Below, one piece after another: positions 29,098 to 41,711 of a stretch of 64,000 nucleotides of DNA. A program made the translations under genes and the position numbers. Location of the stretch: contig OZ024742.1 of assembly GCA_964016885.1 (NCBI GenBank), positions 343,976,001 through 344,040,000 of the forward strand, read 5' to 3'. Numbering within the stretch: the stretch's first letter is position 1; the number at the start of each line of letters is the position of its first letter. Origin of the DNA: Eledone cirrhosa (lineage: Eukaryota). The notes under the pieces were generated by a model. That model was not told the origin of the DNA. It made no database searches and was given only the letters and a program-made list of their open reading frames with translations.

Positions 29098-30225
29098 ATG
29101 CCAACAAAAACGGATACAACCCTCATCAACTCAAATGAAGAGATCCTACAGGAACTCAAGAAAATCAACACCAACCTATCTTTGCTGGTCGACAAACTTG
29201 ACTCCACAAATAAGGAAACCGCCACCGGATACAAACCCTCCGAAATCGGCGACAAACTCCAAAACCTTTGCGATACTATCCAAACTATGTTCACTACTAC
29301 CAACCCAGGAAAAACCAACGAAGAACCATGTGACATTGATTCATACAAAATGAAAATTCGAACAATTCCAAAATGGAACAAATCCCTCAGAGACAGAAAG
29401 TTCTCATTCTGGAAGATGATACAAAATCACAACAAAGCAGAGATATATGAAAAATGGCTTAACTCAACCCCTCTAACTCTCCCCCGTAAACTACAAATAA
29501 AGTCCATTCCAAATGAACCCGAACCTCAAAGACACCTTAGGGAAAGAATGGCATTGGAAAAAATGAAGACAGAAATTGAACTTCTTAAACTGAGGGCCCA
29601 GACAAATGAGGAAAAAATCAAAACCATCGATGAAGAGATCCTCCTGGAAATCAACAACAAAACTGATGGCCCCAAGGTAGAGAAGATCTCCAAATTATGG
29701 AAAGGGGACTGCAACAGAGAAGAACTGAAATCCCTTCAACGCTGGGAAAAAAGTGCCGCTTGGTTCCTACACTATGAATCGACTTTTCAAACGGATTACA
29801 CCTCCAATAACCCGTTCATAAAAATAGGAAAACCCATAACTGAACCGCACAACAACTTCTCAAACCCCCAAGCCTCTAACAAACGAAGAAGGAAGCACCA
29901 CACCGAAGATGAACTTCCCAACCTCGCTACCATAAGAAGGAACAAAAACCCAAGAAATCATCTCCCCCAGCATGACATTTACAACTTTCCCCCTCCAAGG
30001 AGACACCATACCAAATCACTCAACTACTACGCGGATGCCTCATCGTCAAACATAGGGAAAAGATACCACCACCATGATAGATGTAACAACTTCCCCGCTT
30101 CAAGGGCACAGCAAGGTAATTACCATTTTCTCAACTCTCGCTTCCACAATACACAACAAACCCCCACCACACGATACAACCAACAACGTAAGCCACTTAT
30201 AACACCACAATACAACATGGCACAA
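29098..30225 (+). CDS. Coiled-coil ORF1-like/N-terminal protein of the Neptune PLE (3'-truncated)
   Basis: ATG ~30 nt past the pLTR end; ~375 open codons; EK-rich helical block LEKMKTEIELLKLRAQTNEEKIKTIDEEI with spaced Trp; basic low-complexity tail. Confidence 0.65.
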
Positions 30226-30226
30226 C

Positions 30227-31320
30227 TGCTAAGGTCTATCAAACTGGTATGTCCCATTGTAGGCTCTGTAATATGGAACTCTTCCAAATTCTTAATTTTA
30301 GTATAGCCCTTCTTAACAGCAAAATTGAGCGAACTATTCCTTATTCCTTTTTATACTTTTAGCACCTATTACGATATCAAATTATTACAAACTTCATATT
30401 TACGTAAGAATAACCTAAAAACATTTGTATTAACATCATTATTTTTATTTTTATTTGTATTTACATCATTTATTATCCTATATTTATACACCCCTCACCA
30501 TTTGTCTTTGTATTTCTACACTTAAACATATTTCATCTCGATTATTTTAGCCTATAGTATAATACATCTCAAACTAGCTATTTTACGTAGTAATGTTTAT
30601 TCGTCCGTCTGTTTACTTTCTTTTCTCTCTTCTTCATATCCCCATATTCATGATTAATTTCTATCCCCCTCCGCTTCCTCATCCCTCTTAATTTTCCTCT
30701 ATTTCTTTCTCATCTTCCTTACTTATCCTTCCTCTCTGCCTATGCTATACTCCCTCTCTCTTCTATATATATCTTTATTATTATTAATATTATATTTATT
30801 TATTTTGATGTGATAGTTTGATTTCGTAAATTTTGCCGGTTATATATTTAACTATATCTTCGTTCCTTCTTTCGTCATTTTCTTTCTTTCTCTCTCATTT
30901 CCATCTGTACCCCTTCCTTTATTTGTTTATTTATTTATTTATCATTAATAATATTATTGATGTAGCAATTTGAATTTTCAAGTTTACCGTTACGCATATA
31001 TTTTATATTACTTATTTGTCTCCAATGAAATAATTGAATTTAGATGTATTGTAAATTGAGTTATACTTTCTCCAGTATTTAGCAATTTATAGACATTTCT
31101 ATCATTGAAACAGTTGTAAGACTGTAAATAAATATCCTTATTTTGCACTGTCAGCCATGTTATTCTTCACTCTTTTATTACTCCAAGATATTTTTACATA
31201 GGAACACAAGCGAAGTCATAAAATCGTCACCGAAGTAAACCTCTTGTTGAGTCACACTGTGCCGTGCGTTTAAACTGTCCATGATAAATAGTTTTCACAG
31301 ACTTTTATCGGATTACCTTT
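30227..31320 (+). mobile_element. Naiad-type PLE extreme 3' fragment plus pyrimidine-rich 3' UTR
   Basis: Alternate frame AKVYQTGMSHCRLCNMELFQILNFSIALLNSKIE matches the Naiad C-terminal CxLCxxE..LLN motif; 3' boundary uncertain. Confidence 0.6.
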
Positions 31321-31386
31321 AACGATTTATTGTTATCCTACATATATATATATATGTATGTATACACACACAGACACACACACACG

Positions 31387-31460
<74 letters not shown>

Positions 31461-31463
<3 letters not shown>

Positions 31464-31935
31464 CGTTTCTGAATTTGTTTAGCAAGATTCTTTATCTGAA
31501 AACGTGTGTTGAAACCGATATTGTTAAACTTTGGGAGGGCCATGTTGCCAATAAGAAAGGCACGCACCAGTAGCTTTCACTCCAATTTATTATAAATTAA
31601 ATTATAAATTTAAAAAATTTATAAATTTTCGGTTGGTTGGTTGGTTTCACAACCGGACGGTTGTTCATATATTGTCAAAGTTCTTTCGTCACGCATACTG
31701 TGACCTCTTCAGTGACTGGTGATTCTTTACTTTGTTTTGTGCCTCCCCTTTGTTCTGTCCTACGCCAAACAAGATGGCGTAGGACGAAAGAACTTTGACA
31801 ATATATGAACCGTCCGGTTGTGGAACCAACCAACCAACCGGAAATTTATAATTTTATTTATAATAAATTGGAGTGAAAGCAACTGGTGCATGTGTTTCTT
31901 ATTGCCAACATGACCCTCCCAAAGTATAACAATAT
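31461..31935. mobile_element. Fold-back HHR element (HHR 31674-31716, minus)
   Basis: Arms ~31519-31690 and ~31783-31934 are inverted; gtca-CTGAAGA-ggtcac.agtatgc.gtgac-GAAA-gaac-TT-tgac; same family as 51598-52205. Confidence 0.8.
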
Positions 31936-31952
31936 ATATATATATACATATA

Positions 31953-32160
31953 AAACAAAGAAAGTGTGGTAAGGAACCAGGTGGACCATAACGCACCAGT
32001 GTGCTCGATTTCTTAGGGTAGTAGAGTGGGTAATAGGAAATGAGTCAGGGCCCCGAAGGCTGAGCTCCGGCCGTTTCGATAGTTAGATCCTAACTAGTAG
32101 TTCGGATATAGGTGTCGAAATGGTCGGAGCTCAGCCATCGGGGCCCTGACTCTTTTCATA
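31953..32160 (-). mobile_element. Short PLE-like terminus with fold-back hairpin (32036-32160)
   Basis: Homologous to 17202 and 39022 units; arms carry GAAA..stem III..(A/T)TC-gggg. Confidence 0.7.
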
Positions 32161-32178
32161 TATATATATTTCATCATT

Positions 32179-32298
32179 GAAGGCGTGTGGCTGAGCGGTT
32201 AGAGAATTGGATTCGCAATCGTAAGATTGTGAGTTCGATTCCTGGACCAGGCGATGCGTTATGTCCTTGAACAAGACACTTTATTTCACGTTGCTCCT
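32179..32298 (+). mobile_element. tRNA-derived SINE, second family (5' part)
   Basis: tggctgagcggttagag A-box, gagttcgattcc B-box, tgtccttgaacaagacactttatttcac core; sister copy at 62520-62660. Confidence 0.75.
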
Positions 32299-32399
32299 TC
32301 TACTTGGAGTTGCGACTGATAGATAGTATTAGCAATTGGAAAGACCAACAGAAAACATTGTTTCCTCGGTCCTATTTGACTAAAGTCGACCGTTCCTTT

Positions 32400-35275
32400 T
32401 TATATTTCATCAATATCCCCAATACCCCCCATACTACTGAACAAAGCATTAATTTTCACCAAAAATAGATCGGACTTAACTATGAATGAAATTAAGATCA
32501 TCACACACGCCAGACAAACTCTATTGGACTTCCAGCACGAGTATTGGACTAGAAATACTTATAGTGATTTATATGATATTACTATGGGCTCAATGGATTC
32601 CGCCCAGGTTACGGACCTTGTGGGCCTCTTCCTCTTACATAATTTGAATTCCTCTTTTCCCCACCTCAATGGTGGTCTATATCGCGATGACTGTCTTCGT
32701 CTAGCTAATAATCTTAGTCTCTCAGCAATTGAGAAAAGCATATTAGGAAATTCCTCAAAAATTACTATAATCTTACGGTTACTTTTGAAAATAGCACTAA
32801 AATGGTCAATTTCCTCGACATCTCTTTAGACCTATCAACAGGCACTTACCAACCCTACCACAAACCAAACCAAAACCTCCATTATATACAGTCACTATCT
32901 AACCACCTTAGTTCCATACTAAAAAATCTAGTCTACAATATCTCACTCAGACTATCTAAATTATCATCTAGTGAAGAAATATTCTATAAAAATGCACCTT
33001 ATTATAATGAGGCTTTAACTAGAAGTGGCTACAAGGATAAAATATTTTACATACCTAACACCATGAATACTCCTAGCATACAGCCAACAATAAGCAGCAA
33101 ACACCGTAGAAAACACCAAAAAGTTAGTGCCAGCAATGAAACACCGAAAAACCTAGATCCTACCATTACTCCCAATATCCCCATTAACACGAATGACACA
33201 AATTCTCTAAAAATCATCAATCTTAACGATTCCGAATATTTCTATAACTTACCTAATATTATTACTACAAACCGTGCGAAAACGCCTAACTCCACTACTC
33301 TTTAAAAAGCAGTTAATAATAACACTTTATATCTTAATTCTCACAATAAAACTAATGATATATCACCTATCTCATCGAACCTTCAACATAACCGAACTAC
33401 ACCCTTGCAATCCAAAAAAACTAGAGAAACATATCTGAACTACCTTTTATAACAAGAATGATACCGAATAATAAAACTCACAATATCCTCTACAAATCAA
33501 ACAAAAAGCAATAAATCAAAAACTAATACAATTCAAAAATCTACTAAACAATTAGTTCACACCCATAATAACAATCACAATATTATAATTTCATCTGATA
33601 ACAATATCTACCCTCAAACTTCTATAATACCCAATATAATAAGAGGAAACCTTTTTAGAAACCATAAAAGAAATGTAACATGGTATAACGCTCCATTCAA
33701 CTTGCAAACCATGGACCAAATCCCTAAAAGAGTTTTTACAATTCTCGATAAGCATTTCCCACCTAACCACAAATACCATCAAATCTTAAACAGAAATACA
33801 GTAAAATTTTCTTACTCCACATCGAGCAATGTACAACAAAAAGTAAGTGCATATAACATCTATAAATGTAAAAAAGCTCCATCTATACCACACACAATAG
33901 CACCCCACACACAGGATAACTATGGTAATACTACCATAACCAGAATAATACTGCATAACCAGAATATTACTGCATACCCACCTGATAGATCCACTCACTC
34001 ACCAGCACAATATAACAGACTACAACCAACTACCATCTTTCTCATCCTTAATAGGGACTAAGATTTACATACCCAATCTAACTAATAGCGTCCAAAACAA
34101 CCATGATTCCATAAACGCTATATCAAGTATAATTTCACCTACTAGCAACAATTCGGATTACAACCACCCTACCGTAAAACCCTTCTCTCCCAAAATAAAA
34201 AGGTAAACACAAATACTAGCACTATTATTGAGAATATGGATAGCACATCTGAAACCCTATATGCAAACGGATGTAATTATAGAATAAAAGATAATTGCCC
34301 CTTAAATGGAAATTGTTTAATTAATAATTGTTTCTACGTTAGGCACAAGGCCAGCGAATTGTTTAATTAATAATATAGTATATAAATGTGTAATCACCAC
34401 TAAAGACTCTAATCAATCCTATATAGGATCCACTTCTAATCCATTTAAATCGAGATTTTATGCACACACACACACACAGTTTCCGAAACACAAAATTAGC
34501 AAATACCACTTCTTTAGCAGAAGCAGTTAATAATTGTAAAAAGAAGAATATGAATATAACCTAACTTGGAAGATACTTAAGAGAGCAATTTCTTATCAGG
34601 GCAATAGAAGGGAGTGCGGACTATGTTCCCAAGAAATTTTTGAAATTACTAAATCGAAGGACACTCTATTAAATAAAAGACAAGAATTAATTTTAGTATG
34701 TAACCATAAAATTAGAAGGACATTCAAATATTATAAATACAACTAAACAAATATAGAAAAAGATATAGGTGAATAAATGTGTGAGTATAGGTGTGTGTGT
34801 GAATATGTATATCTATGTGCGTATATGTATGTATATGCATAAATGTATGCCTATATATAAACATGTGTAACTATACATGTGTATATATATTTTTTATATT
34901 ATATATTTTTAGAACAAATTATTCCTCACAACAAAGAAATAACTAACTTTTTAAGATTGTTCTATTCCATTCTACTTGATGTAACACCCTAATCTCAGTA
35001 CCCCTTTTCCTCCAACCGTAATCTTCTTTGACCATCAACACTTTTATATACAATATGCCTAAACTCATTTACACTAACAACTTTCATTTCTTTTCTTAAA
35101 AGACATTTGATACCTTATCCACTGATGGCCTATTTATTCATCTACTACCACCAACCTTAAGGATTTATACTGCCCCTTTCTATTCTTAACAATGGTCAAT
35201 TTCAACCTGGTTATAAAACCTTACTTATTCATATGTATGTTTTTTTGTATTCTTCAATAAACAAAACTCATTATT
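32400..35275 (+). mobile_element. Degenerate Naiad-type Penelope-like element
   Basis: YDITMGSMDSAQVTDLVGL, GGLYRDD, VNFLDISLDL, WYNAPFN, LNRNTVKFSYS, CNYR..CPLNGNCL, YIGST, CGLC; many stops; Asn-rich insertions; coding end ~34746. Confidence 0.85.
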
Positions 35276-35279
35276 TCTG

Positions 35280-35465
35280 TGGATTGGCAGTATCGGTAGA
35301 GAGTCGGACGCCATGCTTTCCAGCATAGTTACGTCCCTTTACGGTCTGAGTTCAAATCCCGCCGAGGTTAACTTTGCCTTTCATCCTTACGGGGTCGATA
35401 AAATAAAGTACCAGTAATGTACTGGGTGTTTGATTTGCCTTGTGCCAAAAGTAGAAACAATTATT
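35280..35465 (+). mobile_element. tRNA-derived SINE
   Basis: Same family as 20960. Confidence 0.8.
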
Positions 35466-35791
35466 TCTGAAGACGGCGGGTAGTGAAGACGTATGTATCT
35501 TTTTCTTACTATGATATTTTGTAATATGTTTTACATAGATCAATAATTGAATGATACAGGGAACTACCCCCCCCCCCCCAGAAACGATTGTAAAATAATG
35601 AGTTTTACTATGAATTAACAGTTTTGTGTTTAATTTCATTGTTTTAATATTTCTATTTTGACTCTGTATCCAATTGAATTATATCGTTGATAACATTTTT
35701 GTATTTTAAACTTTGTTTCACGACATCTACATACGGATTACATTGAGTTCTTCATACGGTTTAGACCCTACCATTGAGTGGTAGATTTATC

Positions 35792-35833
<42 letters not shown>

Positions 35834-35869
35834 TATATATATGTATGTGTGTGGGTGTGTGTGTGTATG

Positions 35870-35938
<69 letters not shown>

Positions 35939-36109
35939 TAATAATAATAAATGTGAGGACTAAAATCCAAAGAGGGCTCGATAAGGATAAATATATATCA
36001 AATATATACGAACCCTAGAACTAATATTTATTAAAATAAGAGATTAAAGTTTAAGCAAAGAATCGTTGCTTTCACCCTTAAACTTTAATCTGTTAATTTA
36101 ATAAATATG

Positions 36110-36265
<156 letters not shown>

Positions 36266-36383
36266 TCATATATATATATATAATATATTCATATATATGC
36301 ATATAAATATATTAATCACATGTTAATTATTTCTTTAAGACTATATGGACTTATAACCTCTACCATAAACAGGTGGATACCAG

Positions 36384-36462
<79 letters not shown>

Positions 36463-36492
36463 ATTAATAAAGTAGTATATATATATATATAA

Positions 36493-36742
36493 AGGGTAAA
36501 GTGTAAAGATCCCCTTCGGTCACCAATGACCATGGGATTTACACATAGAAAGTTGTCCTCCGAGGCACAAGTCCGGGCAAGGATGTCTGTGGAAGGCCAG
36601 CAGTCACCCATACATACCAGTCTCCCTTCTCCACGCCACCAGTCTTGTCCAAGGGAAAAGCTATGGCCGATGCAGCTTGGCACCAGTGACGTTGCATCTT
36701 ATTTCTACAGCTGAGTGAACTGGAGCAGCGTGAAATAAAGTG
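36493..36742 (-). mobile_element. 3' half of SINE (second family) with LINE-derived tail
   Basis: Reverse complement of cactttatttcacgctgctccagttcactcagctgtagaaat continues the 62600-62660 sequence. Confidence 0.65.
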
Positions 36743-38916
36743 AAATAAACATATGAAACAATCACAGGGGATAATTTGTAAAGTGTGTAATCGCACACAG
36801 CTAGGTAGTTAACTAATTAAAGTTTAACTAGAACTTCAAATATAGATATCTTTTAAAATGATTAATCTCCTTTGTGTATATTTCATTAAATAAAGAAATA
36901 TATTTCACCATCAATCGGTAAATCACAGTAGTCAACTCCTGGATTGTCAGCAAATGAGAAGATTTAATTAGTTACCTACCTAGCTGTTATAATGATATGA
37001 AATGAAAGGAGCTGTGTGGTTACTAAAAACAAGGTTTTGATGGTGGTTAGGACGGAACAGGAGAAGAAAGGAAGAAAGGAGTTTCCATCGTCAGCTGTAA
37101 ATGTTTCCCGATACGATGTTTCGGCGCTGAATTACAGGACATCGGTGTAGTTCGGGTGCGCCCGAGGCCTTTTATTAATCAAAAGGCCAGGTGGAAAAGG
37201 AGAGAGAAAGAGAGAAAAAAAGAGAGAGAAAAGGAAAGAGAGGGAAAGGAGGAAGAACAGGGGGGGGGGGGGGGAGAGGAAGAAAGGGGGAAGGGAAAAG
37301 GGGAAATAGGAAAGGAATAGGAGAAAAAAAGTGTACAGGTCCCATCGTGGGAAGACACAGGTGAAAGAAACATGCAAAAAAGTAACCGTGGAAAAATAGA
37401 GAAAGTAAGTTGTGGCCAGCCTGGGAGACTTTCGCCTGGTGGTCATCTACGACACAGAATACAGTCATGCACCGCCCCCGGTTTGAACTCCTTACCCTTC
37501 TTCCTTTATCCCCCGACGACGCCCTTATCCATCACCGACTATCACCCACCCCTACCTACCACTAACTTCACTAGCCTACCACCACCTACACCTACCACCC
37601 CACACAACAACGTATATACACACACACCCTTTTCCCCCACCTTACCGTCTACCCACTGACCCCCACCCCCACTAACGCACTAACCTTTTTCCGGCCTCAC
37701 CCCCCACTTACTTGGATCATCCTCTCTTTCGCCAGCCCCTACTATCACCACTAATCTCTACCCCCACACACCCACACCTCGCGACCCCACTAACCCCTTC
37801 ACGCCACCACCATTTCCTTCCCCTCTATAACCTACTAATAACCCCTTACCCCACCCACATCTATACCCCCTTACCCCACCCAGTCATCCCCTAGTCCACT
37901 AACTCCCCACCACACAGCTCACCCACGTCCTCTATCACCCTTAAACCACAAAAGTACTCACGCACTTACACCCTAAACACACACCCGTATATACACTTAT
38001 CAAAACAGCGACCTTCCACACACACGGACAATACCTCCTCGCATGTCCACTACCATTTCTACGCACACATAACTCCATACGCACATACACACACACATGC
38101 TACTCTCACCCACCTCCACTCTTACACACCTGCCTGTCTACACAGCTAATTTCTTCTCACGCTCAGATGGTAGCACTACCACCTACCACACTCACCCACC
38201 AAGTTCTGTTTTGTTCCCCCCCCCCCTCACACATTTTCCTGCCATCATCCCTCCTCTCCACCCTCTCCTCCCACTCTTTCGACTTGACCATTTCCGGTGG
38301 CGCACACAACACTGGAACTTCACTTTCTCATCGCCATTTTACTCCGGGGCTCGAACTTGGAATTTACCTCATGTTGAAATCCACCTGCTGTACCCTCGGA
38401 CCTTTACCATCTACACAAACACACACACACACACACACACAACAACATCCACACAGAAACATAGACACACACACACACACAGACACTTGCACCATTTACA
38501 CACACACGCAACTACGCACCTTACATGGACCCACATCACATACAGACACACCACCCATCCCCTTCTTTTAACCACACACACACACACACACTTGCATATT
38601 TATACATGCACCCACACTTTACACCACGCCGCTTCCGGATTTGACACGATCTCATCTCATCCCATCCGTCTCCCTCCATCCACTCTCACCCCCCCCCCCC
38701 CACAAACACCCACACAACGACTATACACGCACAGACATACACTCCACCCCAACACACACACAACGTTTTTTCAAAACTTACATTCACATACACTCGCTTC
38801 CTTCCAGAATTTCACACTCACCTCTACAGATACACACACACCTTACCTCCCGCCATCCCCACTCTGACTATGATTTTCTTGCTCCCCCACCCCACCCTTT
38901 ATTTGTCCTTTTGAAC

Positions 38917-39013
<97 letters not shown>

Positions 39014-39021
39014 CATATATA

Positions 39022-39204
39022 TAACGAAGGAAGTGTGGTAAGGACCATAACGCACCAGTATACTCAATACTTAGGGTAGTGGAATAGGTAATAGGAAAAT
39101 GTTTAACCCCGACGGCAGAGCTCAAGCCGTTTCGACGGCTATTTCAGTCCAGAAATAACCGTCGAAACAGCTTGAGCTCTGCCGTCGGGGTTAAACATTT
39201 TCCT
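39022..39204 (-). mobile_element. Short PLE-like terminus with fold-back hairpin (39093-39203)
   Basis: Arms aggaaaatgtttaaccccgacggcagagctcaagccgtttcgacgg and its reverse complement; fused to (TA)n. Confidence 0.75.
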
Positions 39205-39320
39205 GCGAAGAAATACCGATGATAGTCAGAAGATCACTGATGATGGACAGTCCTGTTTCTTGCTCTAATTTTCATTCATATGTATCACATTCGCTACAAC
39301 GCAGCGCGCCATTTGTCATT

Positions 39321-39364
<44 letters not shown>

Positions 39365-39583
39365 AATGACAAATATATATATATATATATAAATATATTT
39401 AATACAATAACAGAGATAGTTTAAAGCTAAACTCTGACTGGTAACCATCTCACTCAACAAACATTAGGTTATATTAAACTATAAACCCAATTTAAGTGTT
39501 TGGGGTGCTAACAATATGTATAATGTGGAAAAACCAGTTGTATTATTTTATGAGATATAATTAAAGTTAAAGTATATCTCTCT

Positions 39584-39709
39584 TTCCAAACAATTGTTTC
39601 ATTATAAGTTTTCTACAAGTTTGGGAGAATGTTTCCAGTTTATGGAGAAGCCTAATATATATTCATGTAAGAATATATTTAGGTGGGCACTTATAAATCA
39701 TCAGCGGAA
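39584..39709 (-). ncRNA. Type-I hammerhead ribozyme with ~100-nt stem II insertion
   Basis: ttccg-CTGATGA-t-ttataagt..acttataa-t-GAAA-caattg-TT-tggaa. Confidence 0.75.
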
Positions 39710-40589
39710 GCCCTTTAAAGATTGATATAAGAAAACAATTTCTTACCGCTGTCAAAAATCATGTCCGTAAAGTTACTCTCTCTCACCTTGAATGACCGCC
39801 AAATTTGAAATTCCAGCAGTTTTTGACTGAGGAAGTATCATAGCGACATGAAGCGGGAAGGGGAGACAACCCACGAAATGGGGAAAAAAAAATAATATAC
39901 ACGCGGGTTAATTAGTTTTTTTGAAAACATTATCAATCCAACATGTTTAAGAACTCAATTGAAAATAAAAAAATAAATATATGCTTGTATAAATTACACA
40001 CGCATATAGATATTTTCTTAGGCTAAATCAGAAGTTGTACCCGAATAAGAACCGCTTCTCATAACCGCAGTAAATGCAGAAAGTTATGCTATAAAGGGCA
40101 AATGGGAATATAATTCTCCGGCCGAATTATTAAGAGTAAAATATAAAACACACGCGGGTTAATTAGTTATTTCTAAACCAATATTAATCCCTCGTGTAAA
40201 GAACTCAATTAATAAAAGAAAATAAATACATATATGCCCGTAATTATATACGTAGGCATATATATATAAATATTTTCCTAGGCTAAAAAACAGAGAAGTT
40301 ACAACCCCAAAAAAGCAACAATATTTCACAACAGTAATAAATACGGAAAGTCAAATTCATAAGGTACCTGGAAATAAACACCTCTGGCCAATCAAGAGTA
40401 AATATTTAATACAATAACAGAGATAGTTTAAAGCTAAACTCTGACTGGTAACCATCTCACTCAACAAACATTAGGTTATATTAAACTATAAACCCAATTT
40501 AAGTGTTTGGGTGCTAACAATATGTATAATGTGGAAAAACCAGTTGTATTATTTTATGAGATATAATTAAAGTTAAAGTATATCTCTCT

Positions 40590-40715
40590 TTCCAAACAAT
40601 TGTTTCATTATAAGTTTTCTACAAGTTTGGGAGAATGTTTCCAGTTTATGTAGAAGCCTAATATATATTCATGTAAGAATATATTTAGGTGGGCACTTAT
40701 AAATCATCAGTGGAA
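40590..40715 (-). ncRNA. Type-I hammerhead ribozyme with ~100-nt stem II insertion (second unit)
   Basis: ttcca-CTGATGA..GAAA-caattg-TT-tggaa; perfect 5-bp stem I. Confidence 0.78.
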
Positions 40716-41039
40716 GCCCTTTAAAGATTGATATAAGAAAACAATTTCTTACCGCTGTCAAAAATCATGTCCGTAAAGTTACTCTCTCTCACCTCGAATG
40801 ACCGCCAAATTTGAAATTCTAGCAGTTTTTGTCTGAGGAAGTATCATAGCGACACGAAGCGGGAAGGGGAGACAACCCACGAAATGAGGAAAAAAAATAA
40901 TATACACGCGGGTTAATTAGTTTTTTTGAAAACATTATCAATCCAACAGCTCGTTCCTCAGAGGCCATTGGTTACTGCCCTAGGCACGCTGTGAATTCTC
41001 CCTCCCATGTGTGGCTGGACGGTCGCTTTAGATACCCTT

Positions 41040-41368
41040 AGAGTTGTCTGAAATGTATAGCCTTACACACGCTGATAAACCATGGGCTAATCATTTCTAA
41101 CCACTCAGAGAAGTGTGCTCAAACCCCAAAAGATCTGTTTCGCCAAATTTCTGTCAACAACTTATTTGGCGAAACAGATCTTTTTGGATTTGGAGGTGTG
41201 TTTTAGATAGTTATCGAGATATGTATTTACACTTTAATTTATACTTTTAATTATTGTGTGTCTACTCTGCCTTCCATGGGCTATAGATTCCATACACTGG
41301 TGGTTTTTCCCTGTTTGATTGACGGCGCACTATATCTTTCTCTAGTGTGTTATCTTTTCAACATATTG

Positions 41369-41372
<4 letters not shown>
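41040..41372 (+). mobile_element. Short HHR-family element (rearranged ribozyme, internal hairpin 41127-41184)
   Basis: Diverged relative of 46150-46420; ends in (TA)n. Confidence 0.6.
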
Positions 41373-41460
<88 letters not shown>

Positions 41461-41664
41461 TTAATTGTACTATTTATGGTTATGAAAATACAAAAACCTT
41501 TTGTAGTTATATGTATTTTTTATACAAACCCTAAATAGTGGTAGGCAGTAATGTATTACTACCTTATTACCAGTAAGTTAAGTAGCTCAATGTAAAAACA
41601 TCAGATGATTTACAGAGCAGTTATATGAAATATAAGAATCAAAGAACTGTTCAAAACATTATTG

Positions 41665-41711
41665 TGCTTACAGCTGTTTCCTCCAAACCGAGGTTTGGAT
41701 TCTTCGGAGCA
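41665..41711 (-). ncRNA. Hammerhead ribozyme, CCGAAGA (U4C) core; inverted copy at 45776-45822 (+)
   Basis: tgct-CCGAAGA-a-tccaaacc.tc.ggtttgga-g-GAAA-cagctg-TA-agca. Confidence 0.7.

Larger units (their letters stand above)
39395..40948 (-). mobile_element. 1.5 tandem copies of a ~1006-bp non-coding HHR-bearing unit (retrozyme-like)
   Basis: 39395-39940 is repeated at ~40402-40948; one HHR per unit; no ORF of 60 aa or more inside the unit. Confidence 0.8.

Noticed and set aside
39232-39270. CTGATGA-TGGAC-A-GTCC
   Set aside because: Not followed by GAAA; truncated or chance
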